A stretch of 64,000 nucleotides of DNA, taken from Thermodesulfobacteriota bacterium. GTDB taxonomy: Bacteria; Desulfobacterota_D; UBA1144; Nemesobacterales; UBA2774. Shown one piece after another: positions 8,219-18,027 of this stretch; within the stretch, counting starts at the first letter, position 1, and each line of letters begins with the position of its first letter. Under the pieces are notes generated by a model. The model saw nothing but the letters and a program-made list of their open reading frames with translations. It was not told the origin of the DNA and searched no databases. The stretch is taken from NCBI GenBank assembly GCA_021604765.1, contig BQJP01000007.1, positions 26,691-90,690 of the forward strand, written 5' to 3'. A program made the translations under genes and the position numbers.

Positions 8219-9712
8219 TTAATTAGAGGTTATCCTATATTTTTCTATTCTTTCTTCTGAAGACTTATATTCTATGTCTACTGAGAATTGCTCCACAAGT
8301 TGATCCAGATTGTGTTGTTCTGATTCTAATAATCTCTTAATTACAACGGAGTTAGCCACAACTGTTATCTTATTGCTTGCCGCTTTATCCAATCGTTTTT
8401 TAATATCCCGAATTATCTCATAAGAAATAGTGTCTATAGATTTCAAGTAACCAATTCCGTCGCAAGCGAAACAAGGTTCCGCAAGCTCCTTTAAGATACT
8501 CTCTCTAAGGCGCTGTCTAGTCATTTGAATAACACCAAAAGAAGACATTTCATGAACGACTGATCTTGCTCTATCATTTTTTAAAGCTTCTACGAATTGC
8601 TCGTATACCGCTTCTCGCAATTGACGGTTTTTAATATCTATGAAATCTATTACTACAATACCAACTAGGTTTCTAAGTCTGACTTGTCTTACAATTTCCA
8701 GTGCCGCTTCTACATTTATATTGTAGATAGTTTCCTCTTGGTCTTTTCCGCTCTGATATCTACCTGTATTAACATCGACAACTGTAAGGCCTTCGGCCTC
8801 TTCAATTATGATATGCCCGCCAGACTTAAGCCACACTTTTTTCTTAAATATTTTCTTTATCTCATTCTCTACCCCAAACTTAGTAAACAGGGGAGCAGAG
8901 TCAGTATACAGCTCGACATCAGCTATAGAGTCTGGAAAGTTGAGTTGTAAATAATCAGTGATTTCTTTATAGGCCTCTTCTGAATCCACCAGTATTTTAT
9001 TCATCTCATTAGACACAAAATCTCGCACTGCTTTAAGATATAGTTTTGGCTCCTCGTAAATTAAAGAGGGGCCTTTACTTTGTTCGTTTCCATTTTTAAT
9101 TCTTTTCCAAATGGAGAGAAGTTCCTTTAAGTCGTATTCAAGCTCTTCTTCAGTAATTCCTGTGCTTGCCGTTCTGGCAATTAGTCCTACCCCTTCGGGC
9201 TTAATTTTATTTATAGACTCGGTTAATCTTTCTCTTTCTTCAATATCTTCTATCTTTCTGGATATCCCGACTATATCGATAGTTCCCAGGAGCACTAAAT
9301 ATTTTCCTGGTATAGCGACATAAGAAGAGAGTTTAGCCCCTTTGCCGCCTACGGATTCTTTAAGAACCTGAACCAATAAATGCTGACCTTCTCTCAGAAT
9401 ATCCTGAATCAGGTTATTCTGCTGTTTTTTAAAATCCTGAGCGGCATCATCACCACTGCCATCTAAAAAATATTCATATAGAGTCTCTTCCTGAACATCT
9501 TCTACGGAGATAAAACCTGATTTATCCATCCCAATATCTATAAAAGCAGCCTGCATTCCCGGCACCACCTTGCCAACTTTTCCCTTATAAATATTGCCGA
9601 CTATCCGTGGTGTGGATTTTCTTTCTATATATAGCTCCGCCACAGAACCATTTTCCATAACTGCAACTCTGGTTTCATTAAAGGTTACGTTTATTAATAT
9701 TTGGTTTTCCAT
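8219..9712 (-). CDS. rng: Rne/Rng-family ribonuclease (RNase G-like)
   Basis: N-terminal S1 domain (IVGNIYKGKVGKVVPGMQAAFIDIG). The 497-aa length and overall similarity fit RNase G/CafA. Confidence 0.85.
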   Translation of the reverse strand: MENQILINVTFNETRVAVMENGSVAELYIERKSTPRIVGNIYKGKVGKVVPGMQAAFIDIGMDKSGFISVEDVQEETLYEYFLDGSGDDAAQDFKKQQNNLIQDILREGQHLLVQVLKESVGGKGAKLSSYVAIPGKYLVLLGTIDIVGISRKIEDIEERERLTESINKIKPEGVGLIARTASTGITEEELEYDLKELLSIWKRIKNGNEQSKGPSLIYEEPKLYLKAVRDFVSNEMNKILVDSEEAYKEITDYLQLNFPDSIADVELYTDSAPLFTKFGVENEIKKIFKKKVWLKSGGHIIIEEAEGLTVVDVNTGRYQSGKDQEETIYNINVEAALEIVRQVRLRNLVGIVVIDFIDIKNRQLREAVYEQFVEALKNDRARSVVHEMSSFGVIQMTRQRLRESILKELAEPCFACDGIGYLKSIDTISYEIIRDIKKRLDKAASNKITVVANSVVIKRLLESEQHNLDQLVEQFSVDIEYKSSEERIEKYRITSN

Positions 9713-9789
9713 GGGGGTTATTAAAACATTTTTATATCAAAATTAGTAATTGGGAACTAATTATAGACTATAAGCCATATATATGAAAG

Positions 9790-10452
9790 TTAGCTCCGCT
9801 TTGATTGCTCTGTCATAGGCACAAAACGAACGGATGTGATTCTCTTTTTCGTGATTCCTTCAACTGTTTTTTCAATTAAAAGTAGCTCTTGATTTGCGTC
9901 TCCTACAGGAATAACCAGCCTGCCGTCTGTTGAGAGTTGATCTACTAATTTTTCCGGTATCTGAGCTGGTGCAGCAGTTACTATTATGCCCTGAAACGGA
10001 GCATGCTCTTCCCATCCTTCATATCCATCGCCGATTCTGAATTTGATATTAGAGTAACCCGATTCATCTAATATCTTGCGTGATTGAGTAGCAAGATACT
10101 CTATTATTTCAATTGTATAGACTTCGCACCCCGTCTCAGCAAGCACAGCGGTCTGGTAGCCTGAGCCTGTACCTATTTCTAATATTTTCTTACCCGGCTC
10201 AGGGTTTAGAAGCTCTGTCATCAGTGCAACCATGTAAGGCTGAGAGATAGTTTGCTCTTTTCCTATAGGGATTGGTTTATCCGCATACGCGGAGTCAATG
10301 TAATTTTCAGGGAGGAATAAATGCCTTTTAACTTTAAGCATAGCATCTATAACCCTTCTATTTTGAATGCCTCTCGAGATAAGCTGGTTTTCCACCATCT
10401 CCCAGCGTCGCTCGGCATATTTGTCGTTTTCCTGAGATCCCGAAAGATTCAT
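9790..10452 (-). CDS. pcm: Protein-L-isoaspartate O-methyltransferase
   Basis: TISQPYMVALMTELL and the SAM motif ILEIGTGSGYQTAVLA. The start is uncertain: ATG 10452 is chosen, and the tracked TTG 10521 would add 23 aa. Confidence 0.85.
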   Translation of the reverse strand: MNLSGSQENDKYAERRWEMVENQLISRGIQNRRVIDAMLKVKRHLFLPENYIDSAYADKPIPIGKEQTISQPYMVALMTELLNPEPGKKILEIGTGSGYQTAVLAETGCEVYTIEIIEYLATQSRKILDESGYSNIKFRIGDGYEGWEEHAPFQGIIVTAAPAQIPEKLVDQLSTDGRLVIPVGDANQELLLIEKTVEGITKKRITSVRFVPMTEQSKRS

Positions 10453-10569
10453 ATAATGAGAATATACTGCTCGAAAGTAAGAATCTAGCAAATTTCCAAG
10501 AATAAAAAGGAAGCAAGGCAAATTCTCGAATCACAGATTGGTTCAGTGCTACAAACAACTTGCTTTCGT

Positions 10570-10629
10570 AATCGTGGTTATACTATTATTAAGTATGATC
10601 TTGATTTACTCATGTGGAGGAATAAATAA
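10570..10629 (+). promoter_or_regulatory. Conserved 60-nt leader/promoter block upstream of YVTN gene 1
   Basis: 55 of 60 nt are identical to 12338-12397. It contains a TATACT -10-like hexamer (10579-10584) and a GGAGG Shine-Dalgarno sequence 9 nt before the ATG. Confidence 0.35.
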
Positions 10630-12294
10630 ATGAGAATAATTCTTGCTTTCTTAATTTTATCCGTCTCTTATACAGGGACGGCTTTGGCCCAGGTTTATGT
10701 TGCAAACAATGAGGATGAAACCGTCAGTATACTCTTTGATACTAACGATGGCTCTACAATTACTGTGGATCTTGATCTATCTCCTGATTCTCTCGCAGTG
10801 AGCCCGGATGGTGATTTTGTATATGTAGCTGGCGGCAACAGGGTAGCTGTAATACAAACATCTGACAATAAGGTGGTTGATACGGTGGATGTTGGTTCAT
10901 TTACTGCAGGTATCGCAGTAACCCCGGACGGATCTCATGTATATGTCTCAAACTCCGGTAATAACAACGTATCTGTAATACAAACATCTGACAATACGGT
11001 GGTTGATACTGTGGATGTGGGCAAGAGTCCTGGAGGTATTGCAGTGAGCGTGAATGGTGATTATGTCTTTGTCGCTAACGCCGATAGTGACAACATATCT
11101 GTAATACAGACCTCGGACAACAAGAATATTATGACTGTACCTGTTGGTAAAATTCCCTTCGGTGTTACGACAAATGCAGCAACATCGAGTTTTCTGCCTA
11201 CTGTATTTGTCACAAACTCTGGTTCCAACAACATGGTTACGCTAATAGCCGAACCTCCCTTTAACCCGATTTCCTTTCCCCCGGCTCCCTTATTTGTGGC
11301 TGTTGGTGAATGCCCTGTCGGTGTTGCAGGAGCCAATACAACTACTGCTGAATTTGGTCTTGCTGCATTTGTCGCAAATGGGGATTCCAATACGGTATCT
11401 ATAGTCAACGTATTCGAGAATGCAGTAATTGGAACTACAACTGTTGGTCAGGCCCCTGTCGGTATCGCGGCAACTCCGGGTGGTGATACAGTATATGTCA
11501 CCAACAGTGGTTCCAATACATTATCAGAGTTGTGTATGGGCTGTGGGTTCTATGGTGTGAGTGAAACTTACGATACTGGTGAATTTCCGGTAGCTGTTGC
11601 AATAACTCCAGATACAGATACGGACGGAGTATCAAATAAATCCGACACAGACTCGGACAATGACGGTATTACTAATAATGATGAAACATCAGAAGATAGC
11701 GCAGCAATGACAAATGCTATTGCTCTAAGAAATGAAGATCCAAAAGACGCTGATGGTGACGGTATAGCCAACTTACGTGATCTTGATTCCGACGGTGACT
11801 GCATACCTGACCATTTTGAGGCAGGCGGAGGAAACGACAGCAACAAAGACGGGCTTTCCGATAATTTCGTAGATGCAGATATGGACGGACTTCACGATGA
11901 GCACGACCCTGATCAGACCGGAAATAATTTAGCTTTACCGGACACGGATAATGACGGTATTCCGGACTTCCTGGACCGTGACTCTGATAATGACGGCAAG
12001 ACCGATGCAGAGGAAGCAGGCGGCTTGGATGAGGACGCAGACGGTATACATGACGAGTCTGAGGATTTAAACCGCGACGGTTTAGCAGATGCGTGTCATC
12101 CCGATACAGGAACACCGCTTCCAATTCTGGATCTGAACTCAAACGGAGTACCTGATTTTCTAGAAGCCGAATCTAACGACGGGAGTAACAGCTGTTCTCT
12201 AGCAGCACCAGGAGCTGAGGCCTCATTTGCTCTATATTTATTAATCCCGGCATTTATTTTGATCAACAGACTCTGGAGAAGACGGACTAACTAA
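10630..12294 (+). CDS. Secreted YVTN-family beta-propeller protein with thrombospondin-type-3-like Ca-binding repeats and a Cys-containing C-terminal TM/RRR tail
   Basis: Signal peptide [20 protein letters not shown]. Repeats of the type VYV(A/S)[29 protein letters not shown]-rich DxDxDGxxD repeats at aa 327-512. Tail [35 protein letters not shown]. Confidence 0.85.
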   Translation: MRIILAFLILSVSYTGTALAQVYVANNEDETVSILFDTNDGSTITVDLDLSPDSLAVSPDGDFVYVAGGNRVAVIQTSDNKVVDTVDVGSFTAGIAVTPDGSHVYVSNSGNNNVSVIQTSDNTVVDTVDVGKSPGGIAVSVNGDYVFVANADSDNISVIQTSDNKNIMTVPVGKIPFGVTTNAATSSFLPTVFVTNSGSNNMVTLIAEPPFNPISFPPAPLFVAVGECPVGVAGANTTTAEFGLAAFVANGDSNTVSIVNVFENAVIGTTTVGQAPVGIAATPGGDTVYVTNSGSNTLSELCMGCGFYGVSETYDTGEFPVAVAITPDTDTDGVSNKSDTDSDNDGITNNDETSEDSAAMTNAIALRNEDPKDADGDGIANLRDLDSDGDCIPDHFEAGGGNDSNKDGLSDNFVDADMDGLHDEHDPDQTGNNLALPDTDNDGIPDFLDRDSDNDGKTDAEEAGGLDEDADGIHDESEDLNRDGLADACHPDTGTPLPILDLNSNGVPDFLEAESNDGSNSCSLAAPGAEASFALYLLIPAFILINRLWRRRTN

Positions 12295-12337
12295 ATGTAT
12301 ACATACAAAGGATAGTTTCTATACCATATGCATTTAG

Positions 12338-12397
12338 AATCGTGGTTATACTATTATTGAGTCTGATCTTGCTTTACTCACATGGAGGAATAAATAA
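12338..12397 (+). promoter_or_regulatory. Conserved 60-nt leader/promoter block upstream of YVTN gene 2
   Basis: Paralogous to 10570-10629, with the same TATACT hexamer and GGAGG Shine-Dalgarno sequence. Confidence 0.35.
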
Positions 12398-13531
12398 ATG
12401 AGAATAATTCTAGCTTCTTTAATATTGTCTGTGCTTTATTCGGGAGCGGCATTAGCCCAGAATGTTTATATTGCTAACCAAAAATCTAATACGGTCAGCG
12501 TAATATCAGATAATCCCACAGTTACTGTGGTTGTTGGTATGAGTCCTTCTGCCTTGGCAGTGACCCCGGACGGTGATTTTGTTTACGTCGCAAACGGTGG
12601 CAACAACAATGTATCCGTTATACAAACCTCGGACAATACGGTGGTTGATACTGTGGTTGTTGATTCTTTACCCTTCGGTATTGCAGTGACCCCAAATGGT
12701 GATTTTGTTTATGTATCAAACGCTGGCAGCAACACCGTCTCTGTAATACAAACCTCCAACAATACGGTAATTGCTACTGTGGTTGTTGATCAAGATCCTA
12801 GTGGTGTCGCAATTCCAACTGATGATCATGTTTTTGTCGCAAACTCCGGTAGCGATACCGTATCTGTAATACAAATCTCTAACAATACGGTGGTTGCTAC
12901 AGTTAATGTGGGTAGTGTACCCACTGGAATCGCAGCGGGCCCGAATGGTGATTTTGTTTATGTTGCCAACAATATTAGCAATAACGTAAGTATAGTGCCA
13001 GTAGGACTTGCTATCACAAACCCTGCTGGCCCATGGGTCACAGTGGCTGTTGGTGAATCTCCTGTAGGTATTGCATCGAGCCAAAACAGTACTTTGAATC
13101 TGGATCTTATATATGTAGCTAACCAGGGGTCCAATACAATAAGTATAATAAACCATCCTTTTAATGAAATAGAAGCTACTTTGGATGTTGCGGATTCTCC
13201 TACTGGTATAGCAGCAACCCCAGACGGTGATTTGATATATGTTACTCACCTCAATTCTGCTATGGCAGGTGTAATAGAATTTGGTACAACAAACCCGGAT
13301 GGCTGGTCTGATGAATCCCTTTTCCCTACTGGTGATGAACCGACAAGCGTTGCAATAGCTCCAAGCGAGGGACTTGGAGATCCGGAGCCGCCAATGGGAG
13401 GTGGAAATGGAAGCTCAAGCAACTCATGTGGACTTGCAGGCCCGGGAGCAACGAACGGCTATAGCCTGATGCTTCTATTCATCCCGGCTATAATCTTAAT
13501 CAGAAGATTCTGGAGAAGAAGAACTAACTAG
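12398..13531 (+). CDS. Secreted YVTN-family beta-propeller protein with the same Cys-containing C-terminal TM/RRR tail
   Basis: Signal peptide MRIILASLILSVLYSGAALA, YVTN repeats, and tail NSCGLAGPGATNGYSLMLLFIPAIILIRRFWRRRTN. It is a tandem paralog of 10630..12294. Confidence 0.85.
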   Translation: MRIILASLILSVLYSGAALAQNVYIANQKSNTVSVISDNPTVTVVVGMSPSALAVTPDGDFVYVANGGNNNVSVIQTSDNTVVDTVVVDSLPFGIAVTPNGDFVYVSNAGSNTVSVIQTSNNTVIATVVVDQDPSGVAIPTDDHVFVANSGSDTVSVIQISNNTVVATVNVGSVPTGIAAGPNGDFVYVANNISNNVSIVPVGLAITNPAGPWVTVAVGESPVGIASSQNSTLNLDLIYVANQGSNTISIINHPFNEIEATLDVADSPTGIAATPDGDLIYVTHLNSAMAGVIEFGTTNPDGWSDESLFPTGDEPTSVAIAPSEGLGDPEPPMGGGNGSSSNSCGLAGPGATNGYSLMLLFIPAIILIRRFWRRRTN

Positions 13532-13582
13532 GGGTGCATATTGCACGAGAATGATTTATACTTTATATAGAGATGTGAACAA

Positions 13583-13738
13583 ATGGCAGCAAAAAAAGTT
13601 TTTCTCACATATCTGGGCAATAGGAAATGGAGAAAGGTTAGAAGTTCAAAAGCTCCAGCGGTAAGAAATTACCTGAAGTATGCCGGAAACAGGAAATGGA
13701 AAAAAGTTAGCGCTGCTGTCAAAGTTGTTGATACTTAG
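13583..13738 (+). CDS. Possible 51-aa highly basic small protein with an internal repeat (below the ORF-track cutoff)
   Basis: ATG..TAG ORF translating to MAAKKVFLTYLGNRKWRKVRSSKAPAVRNYLKYAGNRKWKKVSAAVKVVDT. The unit Y(L/A)GNRKW(R/K)KV occurs twice. No clear Shine-Dalgarno sequence. Confidence 0.25.
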   Translation: MAAKKVFLTYLGNRKWRKVRSSKAPAVRNYLKYAGNRKWKKVSAAVKVVDT

Positions 13739-13910
13739 GCAATAAAAAAAACTCAAACTGCCGTTTCTAGTCATAATCAAAATTAAGGCCTGCTAACTTT
13801 TTTTGTGGGTGATTCATTCCATTCATAATTCCAACTTCAGAGTCTATTAATAAAGGGGATCAGTACACGATATAATTGTTTTCCAACTGAGATGTGGTTA
13901 ATCTGAGAGA

Positions 13911-15299
13911 ATGTCTGAGCTTGGAGAAAAAGATATTCCAAAACGCGGCACTACTCTGTTCTTATACGTAGCTGTATCCATAGCCTCTTTAGGTGGGCTG
14001 ATTTACGGCTACGACCTTGCCGGTATTGCCGGGGCTATTTTGTTTATTAAAAAGGAATTTAGCCTTTCCCCCTTCTCCCAAGAACTCGTACTGAGCTCTG
14101 TTCTCTTTGGCGCAATGATAGGGGCCGCACTCGGAGGAAGACTCACGGACACACTGGGTCGCCGTAAGATCTTGATCGTATGCGCTGTAGTTTCTTTCAT
14201 CGGAGTTCTGGGCACAGTATTGGCTCACAGCATTTTATTGCTGATAATTGCCAGAATAGTGGTCGGCGCCGCTTTCGGTGTGCTTTCTTTCGCCGTACCG
14301 CTTTATATCTCTGAAATATCTTCCCCAACAAACCGCGGCAAGCTCGTATCGATCTTTGTCTTTGCAATTCTAAGCGGGGTGCTGATTTCCTATCTCGTAG
14401 ATTATTATTTCTCAGCTTACAGTCAGTGGCGCCTTATGTTTGCCGTTGGTCTGATACCGGCGTTATTATTGTTTGTAGGGATGTTTTTCCTGCCGGAAAG
14501 CCCGAGGTGGCTCATCAAACACGGCTTTGATGATAAGGCCAGGGATATACTTGTGCGCATTAGAGGAACAACCGAGGTCGATAAGGAAATCGCCGGCGTT
14601 AAGGATACTCTAAAAGAGACCAAACCTGACTGGCACGAATTGATTGGTCCGGTAATAAGACCGGCTCTAGTGCTCGGATTAGGACTCGCTATGATAAGAC
14701 AGCTTACAGGTCTTTCTCTCGCTACTTTTTACGCACCTACTATCTTTGAGCTTGCCGGTTTCCATTCGCCCTCAACTGCAATACTTGAAACCGTGGGCAT
14801 GGGCGTAGTGTTCGTTGTTATGTCCATTGTTGCAATGAATCTTATGGATAGACTGGGCAGGAGGCCGACCATGCTTTTGGGTCTGGCTGGAATGTGCCTT
14901 GGGCTGGTGGTTCTCGGAATAACTTTCTATCTTCAAAAATCCGGCGGAGGGCTCCTTGGCTATTTATCTGTGGCGAGCCTCATCTTTTTTGTCGCTGCGT
15001 GGACACTAGGACCCGGAACTGTGGTGCAGCTTGTGATTTCAGAGATATACCCCCTTAGCGTAAGGGGAATAGCTATGAGTGTGGTAACCGCTGTCATTTG
15101 GGCCACTTATCTGATTGTTACCTTGACCTTTCTCAGCTTAATTGAAGCCTTGGGAAGACCGGACACTTTCTGGCTCTATGCGGTGTTATGCGTAGTGTCA
15201 TTCTTCTACGTATATTTCTATATGCCGGAGACAAAGGGGCTAAGTTTGGAGGAAATTGAACAGCATTGGCACAAGTCAAAAAGCACTGATAAAAATTGA
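13911..15299 (+). CDS. MFS sugar-porter family transporter
   Basis: 12-TM profile with the sugar-porter motifs GRLTDTLGRRK, PESPRWL and PETKG. Confidence 0.88.
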   Translation: MSELGEKDIPKRGTTLFLYVAVSIASLGGLIYGYDLAGIAGAILFIKKEFSLSPFSQELVLSSVLFGAMIGAALGGRLTDTLGRRKILIVCAVVSFIGVLGTVLAHSILLLIIARIVVGAAFGVLSFAVPLYISEISSPTNRGKLVSIFVFAILSGVLISYLVDYYFSAYSQWRLMFAVGLIPALLLFVGMFFLPESPRWLIKHGFDDKARDILVRIRGTTEVDKEIAGVKDTLKETKPDWHELIGPVIRPALVLGLGLAMIRQLTGLSLATFYAPTIFELAGFHSPSTAILETVGMGVVFVVMSIVAMNLMDRLGRRPTMLLGLAGMCLGLVVLGITFYLQKSGGGLLGYLSVASLIFFVAAWTLGPGTVVQLVISEIYPLSVRGIAMSVVTAVIWATYLIVTLTFLSLIEALGRPDTFWLYAVLCVVSFFYVYFYMPETKGLSLEEIEQHWHKSKSTDKN

Positions 15300-15338
15300 A
15301 ATCTCATATTTCAACTTCTCAACTTAAAATTTGGACGA

Positions 15339-15743
15339 CTATTTACCCATTTTAACTATTGTATCAAAATCTTTTTTTGTAACGGGCATTACGGATAGTC
15401 TGCTATGAGTAACTAGTGGCACCTTTTGTAAACTCTTGGCATCCTTAATGTCGGCTAAAGTAACTGGGGTATTCAATTTACTGACCGGCTCTATATCCAC
15501 CACTACCCATCTGTCGTCATCAGTTGTAGGATCCTGATAGTGCTCCTTAATAACCTTGGCAACTCCCACGACTTCCTTACCTATGTTGCTGTGATAATAA
15601 AGAACTAGGTCACCTTTTTCCATTCCCTTAAGGTTATTTCGCGCTTGGTAGTTTCTGACACCATCCCAATAAGTCGAGCCGTCCTTTACCAGATCATCCC
15701 AGGAATAAGTATTCGGTTCCGATTTAACTAGCCAGTAGTTCAT
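15339..15743 (-). CDS. EVE (PUA-like) domain protein
   Basis: MNYWLVKSEPNTYSWDDL...WDGVRNYQARNNL..GDLVLYYHS is a typical EVE/THYN1-like N-terminus. Length 134 aa. Confidence 0.7.
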   Translation of the reverse strand: MNYWLVKSEPNTYSWDDLVKDGSTYWDGVRNYQARNNLKGMEKGDLVLYYHSNIGKEVVGVAKVIKEHYQDPTTDDDRWVVVDIEPVSKLNTPVTLADIKDAKSLQKVPLVTHSRLSVMPVTKKDFDTIVKMGK

Positions 15744-15832
15744 AGAGATTATTATCTACAATAAAGCGTATTTTTCAAATGGTGGTTATTCGTTCTTTCT
15801 CAAATCCGATATTCCAGTATATTTATAGGCAA

Positions 15833-16519
15833 ATGAAAATTCTGAGCCTATACCGATTAATCACCATTTTGACTCTCTCTTTGGTTCTTGTGCATATTTC
15901 AACACAATTTACTCAAGCGCTTGAGAAGAATAGTGTCGAAATTGCACAAGCCCCAGCAAAATATGTTGTAGGAAAGATGGCGTTAATACCATTTAATTCT
16001 AAAAATGCGTTATCTTCTGAACAATCCGATGATTCACTTAATCAGATTGAGAGGTTTCTAACAATTTCGCTTTACGAAGCTCTTATTTCTGAAACCAGCG
16101 GTATGCCGGATGTTGAGATACTACCATTTAAGAAGTCAGATATAGAGTACAGCAAACAGAGATCGGGAAAACCCAAAATATATTATAAAGATATAGCCAT
16201 TGATGTAGGTCGGGCGTTAGGCGCTGACACTGTTATGGTTGGTGTGATTTCAGAATACTCAGATAGGGGTGGATCGGAATGGGCGACAGACTCACCCTCG
16301 ACAGTGACATTCAGTGTTGAAGTATTGAGCACAAAAGACGGACAAAGAATTTGGGAATCATCCTTTACAGAAACTCAACAGCCCTTGTTTGATAACCTAT
16401 TTGAAATTAAGAAGTTCATAAAAAGAAAAGGAAAATGGATAACAGCAGACGAGATGGCGAAAGAAGGCGCTCGAAAAATAGCCCAAAGGTTCAGCACATT
16501 CCTATTGGAGAACAGATGA
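15833..16519 (+). CDS. Secreted hypothetical protein
   Basis: Signal-like N-terminus MKILSLYRLITILTLSLVLVHISTQFTQA from the ATG at 15833 (the tracked start is 15779). Its stop overlaps the hisA start (ATGA at 16516-16519). Confidence 0.55.
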   Translation: MKILSLYRLITILTLSLVLVHISTQFTQALEKNSVEIAQAPAKYVVGKMALIPFNSKNALSSEQSDDSLNQIERFLTISLYEALISETSGMPDVEILPFKKSDIEYSKQRSGKPKIYYKDIAIDVGRALGADTVMVGVISEYSDRGGSEWATDSPSTVTFSVEVLSTKDGQRIWESSFTETQQPLFDNLFEIKKFIKRKGKWITADEMAKEGARKIAQRFSTFLLENR

Positions 16520-17238
16520 TAATTATTCCAGCTATAGATATTAAAGATGGCAAGTGTGTAAGGCTTTTTAAAGGTGAGGAGGAGAAAGTGACAGTCTTTT
16601 CCGATCATCCATCTGAAATAGCCAAAGAGTGGGAAGACGCCGGGGCAAAGTGGATTCACGTGGTGGATTTAGACGGCGCTTTTCAAGGCAAACCTAAGAA
16701 CTATAATGTCATAAAATCAATTGTTGAAGCAGTATCTTGTCCCGTTCAGGTTGGCGGCGGGATAAGAAATATAGACACCGTGAGAGAATATATTGCTATG
16801 GGTGTCAAAAGAGTAATTCTGGGAACTGCGGCATTCAGCGATGAGGAATTTCTAAAAAACGCTTGCAGTGAATATCCTCAGGAGATTGCAGTTGGAATCG
16901 ATACCAAAGACGGAAAAATTGCTGTGAAAGGTTGGACAGAGGTAATTGATCAGAGCACGGAGCAGGTTATGCAGAACATGCATGAAGCTGGTGTTTCTGT
17001 AATTCTAAATACCAACGTCGATAGAGACGGAACAATGGAAGGCATCAACATCGAGGGCGCAAAGAAGTTTATTGAAAGCTCCTCCATTCCAGTTATTGCA
17101 TCAGGCGGGATTGCTACTATGGAAGACCTCGAAAAGCTTGCTTCAATCAAGCATCTGGGCATATATGGTGCTATACTTGGTAAATCAATTTATACTGGCA
17201 GTATCAACCTAAAAGAAGCGATTCAAAGGTACTCATAA
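16516..17238 (+). CDS. hisA: ProFAR isomerase HisA
   Basis: [23 protein letters not shown] and ASGGI motifs. 240 aa from the ATG at 16516; the tracked 16435 start adds an implausible extension overlapping the upstream gene. Confidence 0.9.
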   Translation: MIIIPAIDIKDGKCVRLFKGEEEKVTVFSDHPSEIAKEWEDAGAKWIHVVDLDGAFQGKPKNYNVIKSIVEAVSCPVQVGGGIRNIDTVREYIAMGVKRVILGTAAFSDEEFLKNACSEYPQEIAVGIDTKDGKIAVKGWTEVIDQSTEQVMQNMHEAGVSVILNTNVDRDGTMEGINIEGAKKFIESSSIPVIASGGIATMEDLEKLASIKHLGIYGAILGKSIYTGSINLKEAIQRYS

Positions 17239-17240
17239 GC

Positions 17241-17999
17241 ATGTTATCTAAAAGAATAATCCCATGTCTGGACGTAAAAGACGGAAGAGTAGTAAAAGGT
17301 GTTAATTTCGTTAATTTACGTGACGCCGGAGACCCTGTAGAAATTGCTAAGAAATATAGCGAGGAAGGGGCGGACGAGGTCTGTTTCTTGGACATTACCG
17401 CTTCTAACGAGGAAAGAAAGACGATGATTGATGTAGTTGAGCGTACAGCTGGGCAAGTTTTTGTCCCACTGACTGTAGGCGGAGGCGTGAGAACACTTGA
17501 AGATGTAAGACAGATGCTCCTTGCGGGAGCCGATAAGGTTTCAATAAACACAGCTGCGGTAAACAATCCCGACTTTGTAAGAGAGGCTGCTGATAAGTTT
17601 GGAACTCAATGTATTGTAGTTGCTATTGATGCCAGGAGTACAGGAGAGGACAAATGGGAAGTTTTCACTCATGGCGGCAGGAACAATACGGGAATTGACG
17701 CTGTAGAGTGGGCTCAGAAAATGGAAGAATACGGAGCTGGAGAAATTCTTCTTACAAGTATGGATAAAGACGGAACTAAATCAGGCTATGACTTAGCGCT
17801 GACAAAAACTATCTCACGCAACTTGAAAATTCCTATTATCGCATCAGGTGGAGCAGGAAACCTGGAGCACCTATCAGAAGGCATAAAACTTGGGGAAGCG
17901 GATGCTGTATTAGTTGCCTCTATTTTTCACTACGGAGAATATACTATTACCGAAGCCAAGGAATTTATGAGCAATAACGGAATATCAGTCAGACTATAA
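17241..17999 (+). CDS. hisF: Imidazole glycerol phosphate synthase cyclase subunit HisF
   Basis: [23 protein letters not shown] and ASGGAG motifs. It starts 2 nt after hisA. Confidence 0.93.
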   Translation: MLSKRIIPCLDVKDGRVVKGVNFVNLRDAGDPVEIAKKYSEEGADEVCFLDITASNEERKTMIDVVERTAGQVFVPLTVGGGVRTLEDVRQMLLAGADKVSINTAAVNNPDFVREAADKFGTQCIVVAIDARSTGEDKWEVFTHGGRNNTGIDAVEWAQKMEEYGAGEILLTSMDKDGTKSGYDLALTKTISRNLKIPIIASGGAGNLEHLSEGIKLGEADAVLVASIFHYGEYTITEAKEFMSNNGISVRL

Positions 18000-18027
18000 T
18001 TTTACATAAACCAAATGGAGCTCAATC

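Noticed and set aside
12296-12305. 10-nt palindrome ATGTATACAT right after the stop codon of YVTN gene 1, and similar AT-only palindromes (for example TAGTATACTA near 61760).
   Set aside because: Short AT-only palindromes are expected by chance in AT-rich spacers, and the stems would be too weak to act as terminators.
11061-13249. Minus-strand ORFs 11061..11408, 11568..11846, 11717..12142 and 12716..13249 overlapping the YVTN genes.
   Set aside because: They are antisense shadows of repetitive coding sequence. The plus-strand frames have signal peptides, YVTN repeats and sorting tails, and the antisense frames have none.
16435-16515. Tracked upstream start that extends hisA by 27 aa.
   Set aside because: The extension overlaps the preceding gene and does not resemble HisA. 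The ATG at 16516 gives the canonical [13 protein letters not shown]-terminus and an ATGA stop/start overlap.
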